NCBI GenBank assembly: GCA_964576865.1
Contig: CAZNVK010000002.1
Span: 9,692-73,691, forward strand
Source of the DNA: an uncultured Candidatus Poseidoniales archaeon
GTDB lineage: Archaea > Thermoplasmatota > Poseidoniia > Poseidoniales > Thalassarchaeaceae
Length of the DNA: 64,000 nucleotides
Direction of reading: 5' to 3'
In this document: in pieces, positions 53,801-61,737 of the stretch
Position numbering within the stretch: position 1 is the first letter of the stretch
How the letters are laid out: the number at the start of each line of letters is the position of its first letter
Program-made: the position numbers and the translations under genes
The notes under the pieces: generated by a model
What the model saw: only the letters and a program-made list of their open reading frames with translations
Database searches by the model: none
What the model was told of the DNA's origin: nothing

Positions 53801-53920
53801 CAGCATCAGAGTCAGCATCAGGGCTGCAGAATAGCGACCGCGCACGCTCCCACCCTGTCTCGCTGTGGTTTGAAGACTACCCCGCCGCGTTCGGGGTCGA
53901 GCAAGTAATCCGAAAGTCAT
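50843..53920 (-). CDS. very large (1025 aa) secreted surface protein with C-terminal TM anchor
   Basis: Signal (ALMLTLMLLAPMSGFAIA), beta-rich acidic sequence, Ig-like C-terminal repeats, and the anchor LILFALLILLALAATAVVLTL. Confidence 0.6.
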   Translation of the reverse strand: MTFGLLARPRTRRGSLQTTARQGGSVRGRYSAALMLTLMLLAPMSGFAIADEGEPERTCEILVDYRDGYSDWDVWMNNFLHRYKVTFEPEFDNGTSPSAVTIDVQHIREGSVIATEANASYHVAGGEIDLILPDAPEFLDEVYVEVRTAEATCSRSLEMTMWNQPTADHEITRETTWSLENDGTGGSSLHFEGRGWQKRMGETLTSSELGNGTLVLDADTGTDHVYLHLELDRMWMNETYEGTEITRQIFEMRGSGALIFQRGADGENVDIEANVHQAYLLRDWENGVLTERLVLEATGQMSYNGGSNNSSGGAFGELSVFYLETWDEDGVRRLSDTQIEANMSIRMQSPQESFTFELDEFRMREKWLDGVRTDQSLKIKGEGEFGFLVQDSQWQVQVNGTIPDLHIETLGGEVVQNRIIVDGDYSGDASGSFGMVRWIEESKVQENATGEKFEVDVMRNEFWFNISGTPIGPISQEIEAEHNLTFEYTVPQTDWENRTIRYLYVEDDGNNTNEYPERSPIQREPDRPSYDGDMNVSGFREVGVVPDELRIGDTFSISENGPVVKITGIRMGMADGHEVELADWIDTFERENFTAYGSVINEGILAGLLHEVHREIEFGLPLEGENGSQLVTVVEHQTLQRVLYPSVITSAGNTPPALLSLWFREGALFTEGGVAHLEATVDDVDTDVVGVAVDLTEFGLGIVTLSDAGLNGDAVIHDSVWTARIVHDGLEHGLADVPVKMDDLWTDVEVTAALEVTNAAPRIISREYSPDFAYRGDTIEASLRVEDGHGVASVAISLLSAGGELVPLALDDESGRWVGQFVLPDSLAPGQRTIPVQVADEDGASALIDAGAVIEVLNEAPAVHNVSFHDEGEWTQFVEIPKSGQKTYTIEAVIDDPDGVSSAQVKMGRLAPIGQSESWLLLNDEGEDGDRVAGDGVFTTTIGVRATLTSGEMNFLVRASDIYQAMTPEGEQIHSVELIDEQDEGGSGSSWLADNATSLILFALLILLALAATAVVLTLRNADLE

Positions 53921-53983
53921 TGAATACGACCGCCAAAGGCGGTCGAATCATCAATCTCAATTCGAGGGCGAGGTTCTGCCGAA

Positions 53984-54409
53984 TCAGAAGAGTGGCTCTT
54001 CCCAATCGTCTTCCTCATCCTCATCCGTCATGCGCTCGCGCCACAACGAAGTAGGAACATCATCGTAGATTCCAGCATAAGGATCCTCATCTTCAGCCGA
54101 CTTCGCATCTTCGGTCATCGCTCGGCGGGCGAACTCGCGCGCGTCTGCCTTGAACTTCCAATAGTGAATCCGCCATTCGCGCCCATCCCAAAGCGTAGTC
54201 TCCTCAGACTCTGTAGTCAGGAGGTCGTAGTCCTGGAGTTGGTAGAACAGGTTGCGGTCCGTTGGTTCGAGGGCGTTGTCGATGATACGGTTGGAGAAGC
54301 CGAAGAAACCGAGGGCGTGCTCGGCGATTGACTCTGCGACGATGACCTCCATCTCGACGTCGACCTTGCGGCGAATCGCTTGTGTCAACTCTGCTAGCGT
54401 CATACCCAT
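53984..54409 (-). CDS. hypothetical acidic cytoplasmic protein
   Basis: 141 aa with an acidic C-terminus (DEDEEDDWEEPLF). No family recognised. Confidence 0.45.
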   Translation of the reverse strand: MGMTLAELTQAIRRKVDVEMEVIVAESIAEHALGFFGFSNRIIDNALEPTDRNLFYQLQDYDLLTTESEETTLWDGREWRIHYWKFKADAREFARRAMTEDAKSAEDEDPYAGIYDDVPTSLWRERMTDEDEEDDWEEPLF

Positions 54410-54598
54410 CGCATCCGTCCCCCGTGATAGAATATAGCAGCCCGTTCTATATCAACAATCGCTCGATTGATTCACGAATCCTTTGGATTCGGTGCGAAAA
54501 TTGACTCTTGATGCGGCGTTTGGCTGCGCGCCGTGGGAGCATTGGCTCGGCTCCGCTCCCCCGAAGCGGTTAATCGAAACGGGACTCGCCACGTCTTC

Positions 54599-55540
54599 AT
54601 GGACGGTGGTTCTGAGGTTGCGGACGACCTCCCCCGGCGGGCCACTTTTCTGGGTCTGGATGAGGCTGATGAGGGTCCATGGGATGTGGCGATTTTGCCG
54701 GTCCCCTACGAGATGACGACCAGCTGGGGCGAGGGGACCGAACTGGGACCTGCGGCGGCTATTGAGGCCAGTTCGCAGGTCGAATTGTATGATCCATTGC
54801 TCGATTCGGAATTGCCGTGTGGTCTCGCGTTTCACACCGCGAGCGCTTGGGGCTCAGATGCTGGAACTCTACGCGAGCAATTGGATTCGATTCGTGATTA
54901 TCTCAAACCTTGGTTCGATGGTGCGGCATTCCCGCTGGTTCTCGGTGGAGAACATGGGATTCTGCCGCCATTGGTCGAGGCTCTTGCCGGTCACCCCGCT
55001 ATCGCTGGTGACCTATCTCGCCTGACTATTGTGCAAGTCGACGCTCACGCCGACCTGCGAGATTCGCTGAATGGTGAGCGCTTCAGTCACGGCACCGCTG
55101 CGCGGCGTGCGCTGGATGCCGGAGTTGGCAATCTCTTGCAGATTGGCATCCGCGCGCTATGCCGCGATGAAGCGGAATTCGCCACGGCCGATGACCGCGT
55201 CGAGACTTTTTACGCGCGCGACCTCTTCAGTCCGTGCGATGGACAAGCGGGTTGGGAAGCCCTGCTCGCGCGCATCGAAGAATTGTCTGGGCCCGTCTGG
55301 CTGACCTTCGATATCGACGGGCTCGACGGCGCTCTCGTCCCTGACACTGGCACACCAGTTCCAGGTGGACTCACCCATTGGGGTTCGGTCGAAATAATCG
55401 AGCGGCTCTTCGCCAGCAAAGCCCAAGTCATCGGCGCAGACGTCAACGAAATCGCACCGGGTGAAGACCGCCTAACCCAATTCAACGCGGCTCTAATCGC
55501 AACCAAGATCATCGCCGCCCACATCGCCTCGCGCACCTGA
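54599..55540 (+). CDS. speB: agmatinase / ureohydrolase family
   Basis: Trimmed to ATG 54599. GGEHG, DAHADLRD, DIDGLD metal-ligand motifs. Confidence 0.8.
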   Translation: MDGGSEVADDLPRRATFLGLDEADEGPWDVAILPVPYEMTTSWGEGTELGPAAAIEASSQVELYDPLLDSELPCGLAFHTASAWGSDAGTLREQLDSIRDYLKPWFDGAAFPLVLGGEHGILPPLVEALAGHPAIAGDLSRLTIVQVDAHADLRDSLNGERFSHGTAARRALDAGVGNLLQIGIRALCRDEAEFATADDRVETFYARDLFSPCDGQAGWEALLARIEELSGPVWLTFDIDGLDGALVPDTGTPVPGGLTHWGSVEIIERLFASKAQVIGADVNEIAPGEDRLTQFNAALIATKIIAAHIASRT

Positions 55541-55542
55541 AG

Positions 55543-55775
55543 TAAGCCTCCCACAACGCTCGCAAGTAAGCCTCCCACAACGCTCGCAACGCTCGCCACG
55601 AAGAGAAGCAACCTCGAGTAGTTAGAACCATCACAAGTGATGCCCGTTGTGTTCGTGGTGTTCGTTGTGGGAGGAAAAAAACCTCGCAACGCTCGCCACG
55701 AAGAGAAGGCTTGTCGAGAGAAGGAGAACTATCACAAGTGACGCCCGTTGTGTTCGTAGTGTTCGTTGTGGGAGG
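55543..55775 (+). repeat. tandem cluster of the hairpin repeat family (duplicated left arm plus two long-loop units)
   Basis: GTAAGCCTCCCACAACGCTCGCAA occurs twice. Unit 1 ends at ..GTTGTGGGAGG 55674 and unit 2 at 55775. Both are followed by an A-run. Confidence 0.85.
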
Positions 55776-55840
55776 AAAAACCCGCACTCGTGGCACACCG
55801 CAAGCGAACCCTTGAATCCGAACACCCACCGAGCGGCGCC

Positions 55841-57196
55841 ATGCGCCGCTCAGCAGCAGTCCTCATGGTAGCAACCTTGCTAGCGGTCGCAGCATCACCA
55901 GCAGCCCCGCTAGCAACAGCCCAAGTCGGCCAACCAGACATCATCCAAGAGCATTGGTACCACTCCTACGCAACCCTAACACTCGACGTCAATGAGTGGG
56001 CCGACGACCATCCAGACGTAGTCAACCTGCTCTCAATCGGCCAAACAGAAATGGGCAGAAATCTCTGGATGCTGCAAATCTCAGACTGGAGCCAGCAAAC
56101 AAAACCCGACGGTACAGCCAAGGACGTGGTCTACATCGATGGAGGTCACCACGGGAACGAGCACCTCGGAACGGAGCTCGCCTTCCTAGTCGCGGACTTT
56201 TACATCGAGGGTTGGGCGAACGGAGAACAGGAGGTAATCGACGTTTTGGCAACGACCGAATTGCACATTCTGATTATGCTAAACGCTGACGGAAATGACT
56301 TCGATACGCGCTGGAATATCAACCAAGTTGACCTCAATCGAAACTACGATCATTACTGGAATACATGCCCGACGACGCAACCGGGAAGCAGCGCTTTCAG
56401 CGAGTCGGAAACGCGCTCGAATTCGATTTACATGAACGAGGTCGTACCTCACGCTGACCTCTATATCACAATGCACACGGGGGTCTGGATCATGCTCTAT
56501 CCGTGGGGCAAATGGCCGGAGCAACCGAGTGACTGGGAGCTATTCCACGGCATCCGAGACGAGGTTCACGCGAACATCTCGGACATCCCGATTCGCAACG
56601 CAAACCAAGGCTTGTACCCGAATTGCGGGACCAGTCGTGACTACGGTTACGGGGTCATGGGCTACCCCACCTTCACCTTCGAAACCGACGATGAACAATT
56701 CCTTCTGGGCACGGTCGAACCGCTCTCTGAGAGGCTCGGTGAGGAGTTGGATGTCATGCGCTATCTGATCTCCAATGTGTGGTATTGGCGTGCTCGCCTG
56801 GTGGTTGATGAGGTCGAGATTCGCGGGGATGAGGTCGAAGTTTCTGTGCGTAATCTCGGGCGGGCGAGCACCTCGAATGCCACTTTGCATTATTCGGATT
56901 CGGCTGGTGAGATGCTGTGGCATTCGGCTATGTTTGGAGTCAATGCGACTAATGAGACGAGCGTTATGCTAGATGCGACTAATCTGACGCTCGTCGATGA
57001 TGGCGTTTGGTCGATTCACTATCAGAAGCGGGTTATCGATTCATCGCAATGGGTCGAGGAGCCGATCGATGCCGAGGTGGTCTCGGTGAGTTCGGCATCG
57101 GACGGCTTCCTACCCGCGCCTGGGCTACTGATTCACCTCCTCGCTCTGCTCGGTGCGGCTCTTGCAAGGCGCGAAAAATCTGCAGTCAAGGCTTGA
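55841..57196 (+). CDS. M14-family zinc carboxypeptidase, secreted, C-terminal hydrophobic anchor
   Basis: Trimmed to ATG 55841 (signal MRRSAAVLMVATLLAVAAS). HHGNEHLG (HxxE). C-terminal LPAPGLLIHLLALLGAALARRE is loosely PGF-CTERM-like. Confidence 0.8.
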   Translation: MRRSAAVLMVATLLAVAASPAAPLATAQVGQPDIIQEHWYHSYATLTLDVNEWADDHPDVVNLLSIGQTEMGRNLWMLQISDWSQQTKPDGTAKDVVYIDGGHHGNEHLGTELAFLVADFYIEGWANGEQEVIDVLATTELHILIMLNADGNDFDTRWNINQVDLNRNYDHYWNTCPTTQPGSSAFSESETRSNSIYMNEVVPHADLYITMHTGVWIMLYPWGKWPEQPSDWELFHGIRDEVHANISDIPIRNANQGLYPNCGTSRDYGYGVMGYPTFTFETDDEQFLLGTVEPLSERLGEELDVMRYLISNVWYWRARLVVDEVEIRGDEVEVSVRNLGRASTSNATLHYSDSAGEMLWHSAMFGVNATNETSVMLDATNLTLVDDGVWSIHYQKRVIDSSQWVEEPIDAEVVSVSSASDGFLPAPGLLIHLLALLGAALARREKSAVKA

Positions 57197-57284
57197 ATTG
57201 TTGGCAGGCTGATTAATAAAGTCAGGCTGAAATCAAGGATTTCGATAGAGATTCTTTGTATATCCGAACTTTATCGCCCGCCCC

Positions 57285-58790
57285 ATGCAGGCAACGACCG
57301 GCAATTTTGAGAGGACTGGCGACATCATGATCATCCCCGTATTCACGGGTGTGGAGAAGGCTCCGAACAATACCACGGTCGGACTCAGCCGCGGCGCGGC
57401 AATCGCTGTCAAGGCCGCCGCGACAGGCGATGCTATGACCGGCAAAGCCGGCAATGTTCTCGAAGTCTGGACCAAGGGTTGCACCGTATTCTTCGTCGGC
57501 GTCGGCGACAAGGATAGCCTAACCCACAAGGGTGCGCGCGACGCCGGAGCAAAGTGCCTCGCAAAACTCTCCAAAGACCTAGGCACAGACATCGTAGTCC
57601 GCTTCACCTCTGGCTGGAGCCCTGCCAATATGGCAGCCTTCGCCGAAGGCATGATTCTGCGCGATTATGCCTTCGACAAGTACCTCTCCAAAGACGAAGA
57701 CGATTCAGACAAGGGAGAGTGGTCGCTCGAGTGCCAAGCCCACGAGCGCCACCTCGACGCGCTCGCCACAGCCGTCGAAAAATCAGCATCAATCGCCACA
57801 GGCGTCCACCTCGCGCGCGACCTAGCAAACGAACCCGCCAACCGTCTGTACCCGGAGGAGTTCGGGCGCAGGGCCTTGGAATGGGCAGAGGGTAAGGCGA
57901 ATGTCGAGGTCGAGGTTTGGGATTATGAGCGACTTCAGAAGGAGAATATGCAGGGTGTAATCGCTGTCGGAAAGGGCAGTATTCGCAAGCCTTGCATGGT
58001 ATTTTTCCGCCTCAATCCGGATGCTCAGAAGGACGAGCAAGTGCCTTGTATCGTTGGGAAGGGAATCACTTTCGACACCGGTGGAATCTCCATCAAACCG
58101 AGTGCTGGGATGTGGGACATGAAGTTCGATATGCATGGTTCTGCTACCGTTTTCGGGCTCTTCCAGGCGCTTTGGGCGAGCGGATATTCGGGGCGCGTCA
58201 ATGGAATTACTTGCATGGCTGAGAACATGCCGAGCGCCGAGGCTTACCGCCCGGGAGACGTCATCGATACCTACTCCGGCAAGACCATCGAAGTGCTCAA
58301 CACCGACGCAGAGGGCCGCAACGTCCTCGCCGACGGGTTGTGGAAGTCTGGTGAATTGAATCCGTCTTACATCGTCGACCTCGCAACGCTCACCGGAGCG
58401 TGCGTGGTCGCGCTCGGTCACGAAGCGTCTGGCTTGTGGTCGAATGATGGCGAGCTGAGTGACCGTATCCACGAAGCGGGCAAGGCTGAGGATGAGATCG
58501 CTTGGCAGATGCCACTTCTGCCCGCCTTCGAGAAGGAGATGACCCGCTCGAAGATTGCTGATGTTTGCAATTTGGGTAAGGGGCGCTGGGGTGGCGCATG
58601 TACCGCTGCTGCCTTCCTCAAGCAATTCGTGCCCGAGCGCGAGGGTGAGGATGGTGAGAAGTCACAGATTCCGTGGGCTCACTTGGATATCGCTGGGACT
58701 GCTTGGGGCGCAGATACCAATGCCTGTGTCGGGCACGGTGGAACTGGTGTGCATGTACGCACGCTTCACCGACTGATCACATCCGAGTGA
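57285..58790 (+). CDS. pepA: leucyl aminopeptidase (M17)
   Basis: NTDAEGR signature, GKGITFDTGG. Confidence 0.85.
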   Translation: MQATTGNFERTGDIMIIPVFTGVEKAPNNTTVGLSRGAAIAVKAAATGDAMTGKAGNVLEVWTKGCTVFFVGVGDKDSLTHKGARDAGAKCLAKLSKDLGTDIVVRFTSGWSPANMAAFAEGMILRDYAFDKYLSKDEDDSDKGEWSLECQAHERHLDALATAVEKSASIATGVHLARDLANEPANRLYPEEFGRRALEWAEGKANVEVEVWDYERLQKENMQGVIAVGKGSIRKPCMVFFRLNPDAQKDEQVPCIVGKGITFDTGGISIKPSAGMWDMKFDMHGSATVFGLFQALWASGYSGRVNGITCMAENMPSAEAYRPGDVIDTYSGKTIEVLNTDAEGRNVLADGLWKSGELNPSYIVDLATLTGACVVALGHEASGLWSNDGELSDRIHEAGKAEDEIAWQMPLLPAFEKEMTRSKIADVCNLGKGRWGGACTAAAFLKQFVPEREGEDGEKSQIPWAHLDIAGTAWGADTNACVGHGGTGVHVRTLHRLITSE

Positions 58791-58799
58791 AGCGACCGC

Positions 58800-58925
58800 T
58801 AATCGAATCTCCCCCAACGCTCGCAACAGAGCCTACCACAAGGGTGGCAACAGAGCCTCCCACAACGCTCGCAACGCTCGCCACGAAGGGCTGAACGTTG
58901 TGTTCGTAGTGTTCGTTGTGGGAGG
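58800..58925 (+). repeat. hairpin repeat family copy with partial upstream left-arm duplication
   Basis: ..CGCTCGCAACAGAGCCT.. occurs twice, then CCTCCCACAACGCTCGCAACGCTCGCCACGAAG-GGCTGAA-CGTTGTGTTCGTAGTGTTCGTTGTGGGAGG (58857..58925). It lies between convergent pepA and dnaK. Confidence 0.85.
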
Positions 58926-58944
58926 TACTGAGATCGATTGAAGT

Positions 58945-60843
58945 TCAATCGGATTCTTCGTCGGAATCGACGACTTCGAAGTCAGCCTCGACGACTCCGT
59001 CCTCATCGGCTGAATCGCCAGCAGCCGCATCGTTAGCGGCTTGCTGCTCGGCCATCTCTGCTGCGGCTGCCTCATACAACTTGGTCGAGACCGCGTGCAT
59101 TGCCTGCTCCAACTCACCCATGGTGGCTTGGATTGCAGCCTCATCGAGGTCATCGAAATCGATCGGCTGGTCATCCTTCATGATGAGAGCCTCGAGGGCG
59201 TCGAGCTTCTCGTGGACTGGAGCGGTGTCCTCATCGCTGAGTTTCTCGCCGGACTCCTCGAGCATCTTGCGGGTTTGGTAGACGATTCCGTCAGCCTGGT
59301 TGCGAAGGTCGACGCGTGCCTTGCGGCGCTTGTCTTCCTCAGCGAATTCCTCGGCCTCGGCGATCTTCGACTGAATCTCGTCCTCGGAAAGTGAGGTCTG
59401 GCTCTCGATCTTGATCGACTGCTCAGTTCCTGTTCCGAGGTCCTTTGCTGACACGTTGACGATTCCGTTCGCGTCGATATCGAAGGTGACCTCGATCTGT
59501 GGGATTCCGCGTGGCGCGGCTGGGATTCCCATCAAGTGGAAGCGCCCGAGCGTGCTGTTGTCCTTTGCGAACTCACGCTCGCCCTGCAGGACGTGAACCT
59601 CGACTGCAGGCTGATTGTCGGATGCGGTCGAGAAGACCTCCGAGCGGCGGCTAGGGATGGTTGTGTTACGCTCAATCATCATGGTGGTGACGCCGCCGAG
59701 AGTCTCGATTCCGAGAGTCAATGGTGTTACATCGAGGAGCAGTACATCGGTCACGCCCTCGTCGCCGACGATGATTCCGGCTTGTAGCGCGGCGCCGACA
59801 GCAACGGCTTCGTCGGGGTTGACACCCTTGAACGGAGCCTTGCCGACCTCCTTCTCGATAGCCGTCTGGACGGCTGGAACGCGGGTTGAACCTCCGACGA
59901 GGATGACCTTGTCGACCTCGCCCTTCGAGACGCCTGCATCCTTCATCGCACGGCGGGTCGGAGCCATGGTGCGCTCGACCAACTTGGCGATGAGTTCCTC
60001 GAACTTGGCCCGTGAAAGGCTCAGGTCGAGGTGCTCGGGCTGTCCGTCACGCATGGTGATGAACGGGAGATTGATCTGAGTAGTTCCGGTTCCGGACAGC
60101 TCGATCTTCGCCTTCTCAGCAGCTTCACGCAGGCGACTCATCGCCTGCATATCGCCCGAGAGGTCGATTCCTGTCGACTTCTTGAATTTGGAAGTAATCC
60201 ACTCGATGACGACCTCGTCGAAGTCGTCTCCACCGAGGCGATTGTCACCGCTGGTGGCCTTGACCTCGATCTGAGGCTGGCCATCGACGAGGTAGATTTC
60301 TAGAATCGAGACGTCGAAGGTACCGCCGCCCAAATCGTAGACGAGGATTGTCTGATCTTCTTCTTTGTCGACGCCGTACGCAAGCGCAGCCGCGGTCGGC
60401 TCGTTGATGATGCGGAGAACTTCGAGACCAGCGATGCGTCCAGCATCGCGGGTTGCAGTTCTCTGAGCATCGGTGAAGTAAGCCGGGCAGGTGATTACAG
60501 CCTGCTTGACCTCCTGCCCGAGATATGCCTCAGCATCGGCCTTGAGCTTCTGTAGAATGAAGGCCGAGACCTCCTGAGGTGTGTACGAATCGTCGCCGAT
60601 CGCTTGCGTCCAATCGCTTCCCATCTCACGCTTCACAGACATGATTGTGCGATCGGAATTGGTGACCGCCTGTCGCTTTGCAGTGATTCCGACCAGGCGG
60701 TCGCCATCCTTCGTGAATGCAACGACCGAGGGCGTTGTTCGGCTGCCTTCAGAATTCGGTATGACGACTGCTTGACCGCCCTCGAGGGTCGCTACACAGC
60801 TATTCGTTGTTCCAAGATCTATTCCAATTACAGGTGTGCTCAT
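58945..60843 (-). CDS. dnaK: chaperone DnaK (Hsp70)
   Basis: Trimmed to ATG 60843 ([15 protein letters not shown]). DLGGGTFD. Full-length Hsp70. Confidence 0.95.
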   Translation of the reverse strand: MSTPVIGIDLGTTNSCVATLEGGQAVVIPNSEGSRTTPSVVAFTKDGDRLVGITAKRQAVTNSDRTIMSVKREMGSDWTQAIGDDSYTPQEVSAFILQKLKADAEAYLGQEVKQAVITCPAYFTDAQRTATRDAGRIAGLEVLRIINEPTAAALAYGVDKEEDQTILVYDLGGGTFDVSILEIYLVDGQPQIEVKATSGDNRLGGDDFDEVVIEWITSKFKKSTGIDLSGDMQAMSRLREAAEKAKIELSGTGTTQINLPFITMRDGQPEHLDLSLSRAKFEELIAKLVERTMAPTRRAMKDAGVSKGEVDKVILVGGSTRVPAVQTAIEKEVGKAPFKGVNPDEAVAVGAALQAGIIVGDEGVTDVLLLDVTPLTLGIETLGGVTTMMIERNTTIPSRRSEVFSTASDNQPAVEVHVLQGEREFAKDNSTLGRFHLMGIPAAPRGIPQIEVTFDIDANGIVNVSAKDLGTGTEQSIKIESQTSLSEDEIQSKIAEAEEFAEEDKRRKARVDLRNQADGIVYQTRKMLEESGEKLSDEDTAPVHEKLDALEALIMKDDQPIDFDDLDEAAIQATMGELEQAMHAVSTKLYEAAAAEMAEQQAANDAAAGDSADEDGVVEADFEVVDSDEESD

Positions 60844-60863
60844 TTTTCTCACTCCAATCAGTT

Positions 60864-61511
60864 TCACTCACTTTCGTCGGCAGATGTTACCGCCGGATCG
60901 ATGTCGAATTTGACATCGAGAATGCCATTGTTTAGGTCCCATTCGACGATATTTTCCGCAGAATGAGGAAGGGTATAGCGCTTCAGTGGGCGCATTTGTG
61001 TGGTTTTCATCAGTTGCAGAATTTCTCCGCCACCGCTGAGATTGAGTTCGACTTCAGAGGGTTCAAGATCGGTGAATCGCGAGACATCGACAGTGATGCA
61101 CATGCGATCTTCGTGGATGAAAATGTCTTCCAGAGGCAGTTGATTTTGCGACTCATCGGGTTCGTCGCTCTCCTCGTCAACCTCGATTTCGGGTGCTTCC
61201 TCAACGGAAGGGCCACCCTCGAATTGAACCTTGATTCCCATATTGCGGAACATCTCTGCCATTCCGCCCGGACCGTTCAGCATGGATTCCATCTGCTTGC
61301 GGAATTCCTCGGGGTCAACGTCGGTTCCCATGCGGATTTCAGACGAAGCCATCTGGTCCGGGTCGATTCCCATTTCTTCGAACTGCTCGCGGACTTGGCG
61401 AAGCATATTCTGGAGCAGTTCGATATCGATTGGCATCCCCATATCGGAGAACATCTTGGCCATCTGCTCGAGGAGTCTCTCCTCGAATTCGTCTCTCTCC
61501 GATGGGCTCAT
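60864..61511 (-). CDS. acidic protein with C-terminal Hsp20/alpha-crystallin-like domain
   Basis: ORF 60864..62102 trimmed to ATG 61511 because the upstream part overlaps the thermosome gene. The C-terminus [45 protein letters not shown] has an ACD-like pattern. There is no GrpE signature. Confidence 0.55.
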   Translation of the reverse strand: MSPSERDEFEERLLEQMAKMFSDMGMPIDIELLQNMLRQVREQFEEMGIDPDQMASSEIRMGTDVDPEEFRKQMESMLNGPGGMAEMFRNMGIKVQFEGGPSVEEAPEIEVDEESDEPDESQNQLPLEDIFIHEDRMCITVDVSRFTDLEPSEVELNLSGGGEILQLMKTTQMRPLKRYTLPHSAENIVEWDLNNGILDVKFDIDPAVTSADESE

Positions 61512-61737
61512 GATACCACTACTCAACTTGAGGTTGTATAGTCCGAACAGTGGGCCATATTTGAATCGAACGGTGGATGGAACACTCGCGCGCGTGGGCG
61601 TGGGTGCGTGTGAGGCGGGTGTGCGCGCGCTGCGAAATGGGGCGCTGCGGGCTTGTTGGGATGCTCTTCTCGTGAGGTTATAGCGGCTGGACGGGCTTAG
61701 CATCGCATTCAAATCGGGCCGGTCGGTCGGCTGGCTC

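Noticed and set aside
55543-55775. A CRISPR array, considered for the clustered repeats here and for the 22-bp array at 10148..10276
   Set aside because: The hairpin units are internally palindromic with variable loops rather than repeat-spacer-repeat. The 22-bp units are contiguous with no spacers. There are no cas genes in the window.
57822-58625. A 267-aa antisense ORF over pepA
   Set aside because: It is a shadow ORF. The plus-strand frame has the M17 signature NTDAEGR.
60864-61511. GrpE, as expected from its position directly upstream of dnaK
   Set aside because: There is no GrpE-like coiled-coil/beta-domain sequence. The C-terminus instead matches an Hsp20/alpha-crystallin-type pattern.
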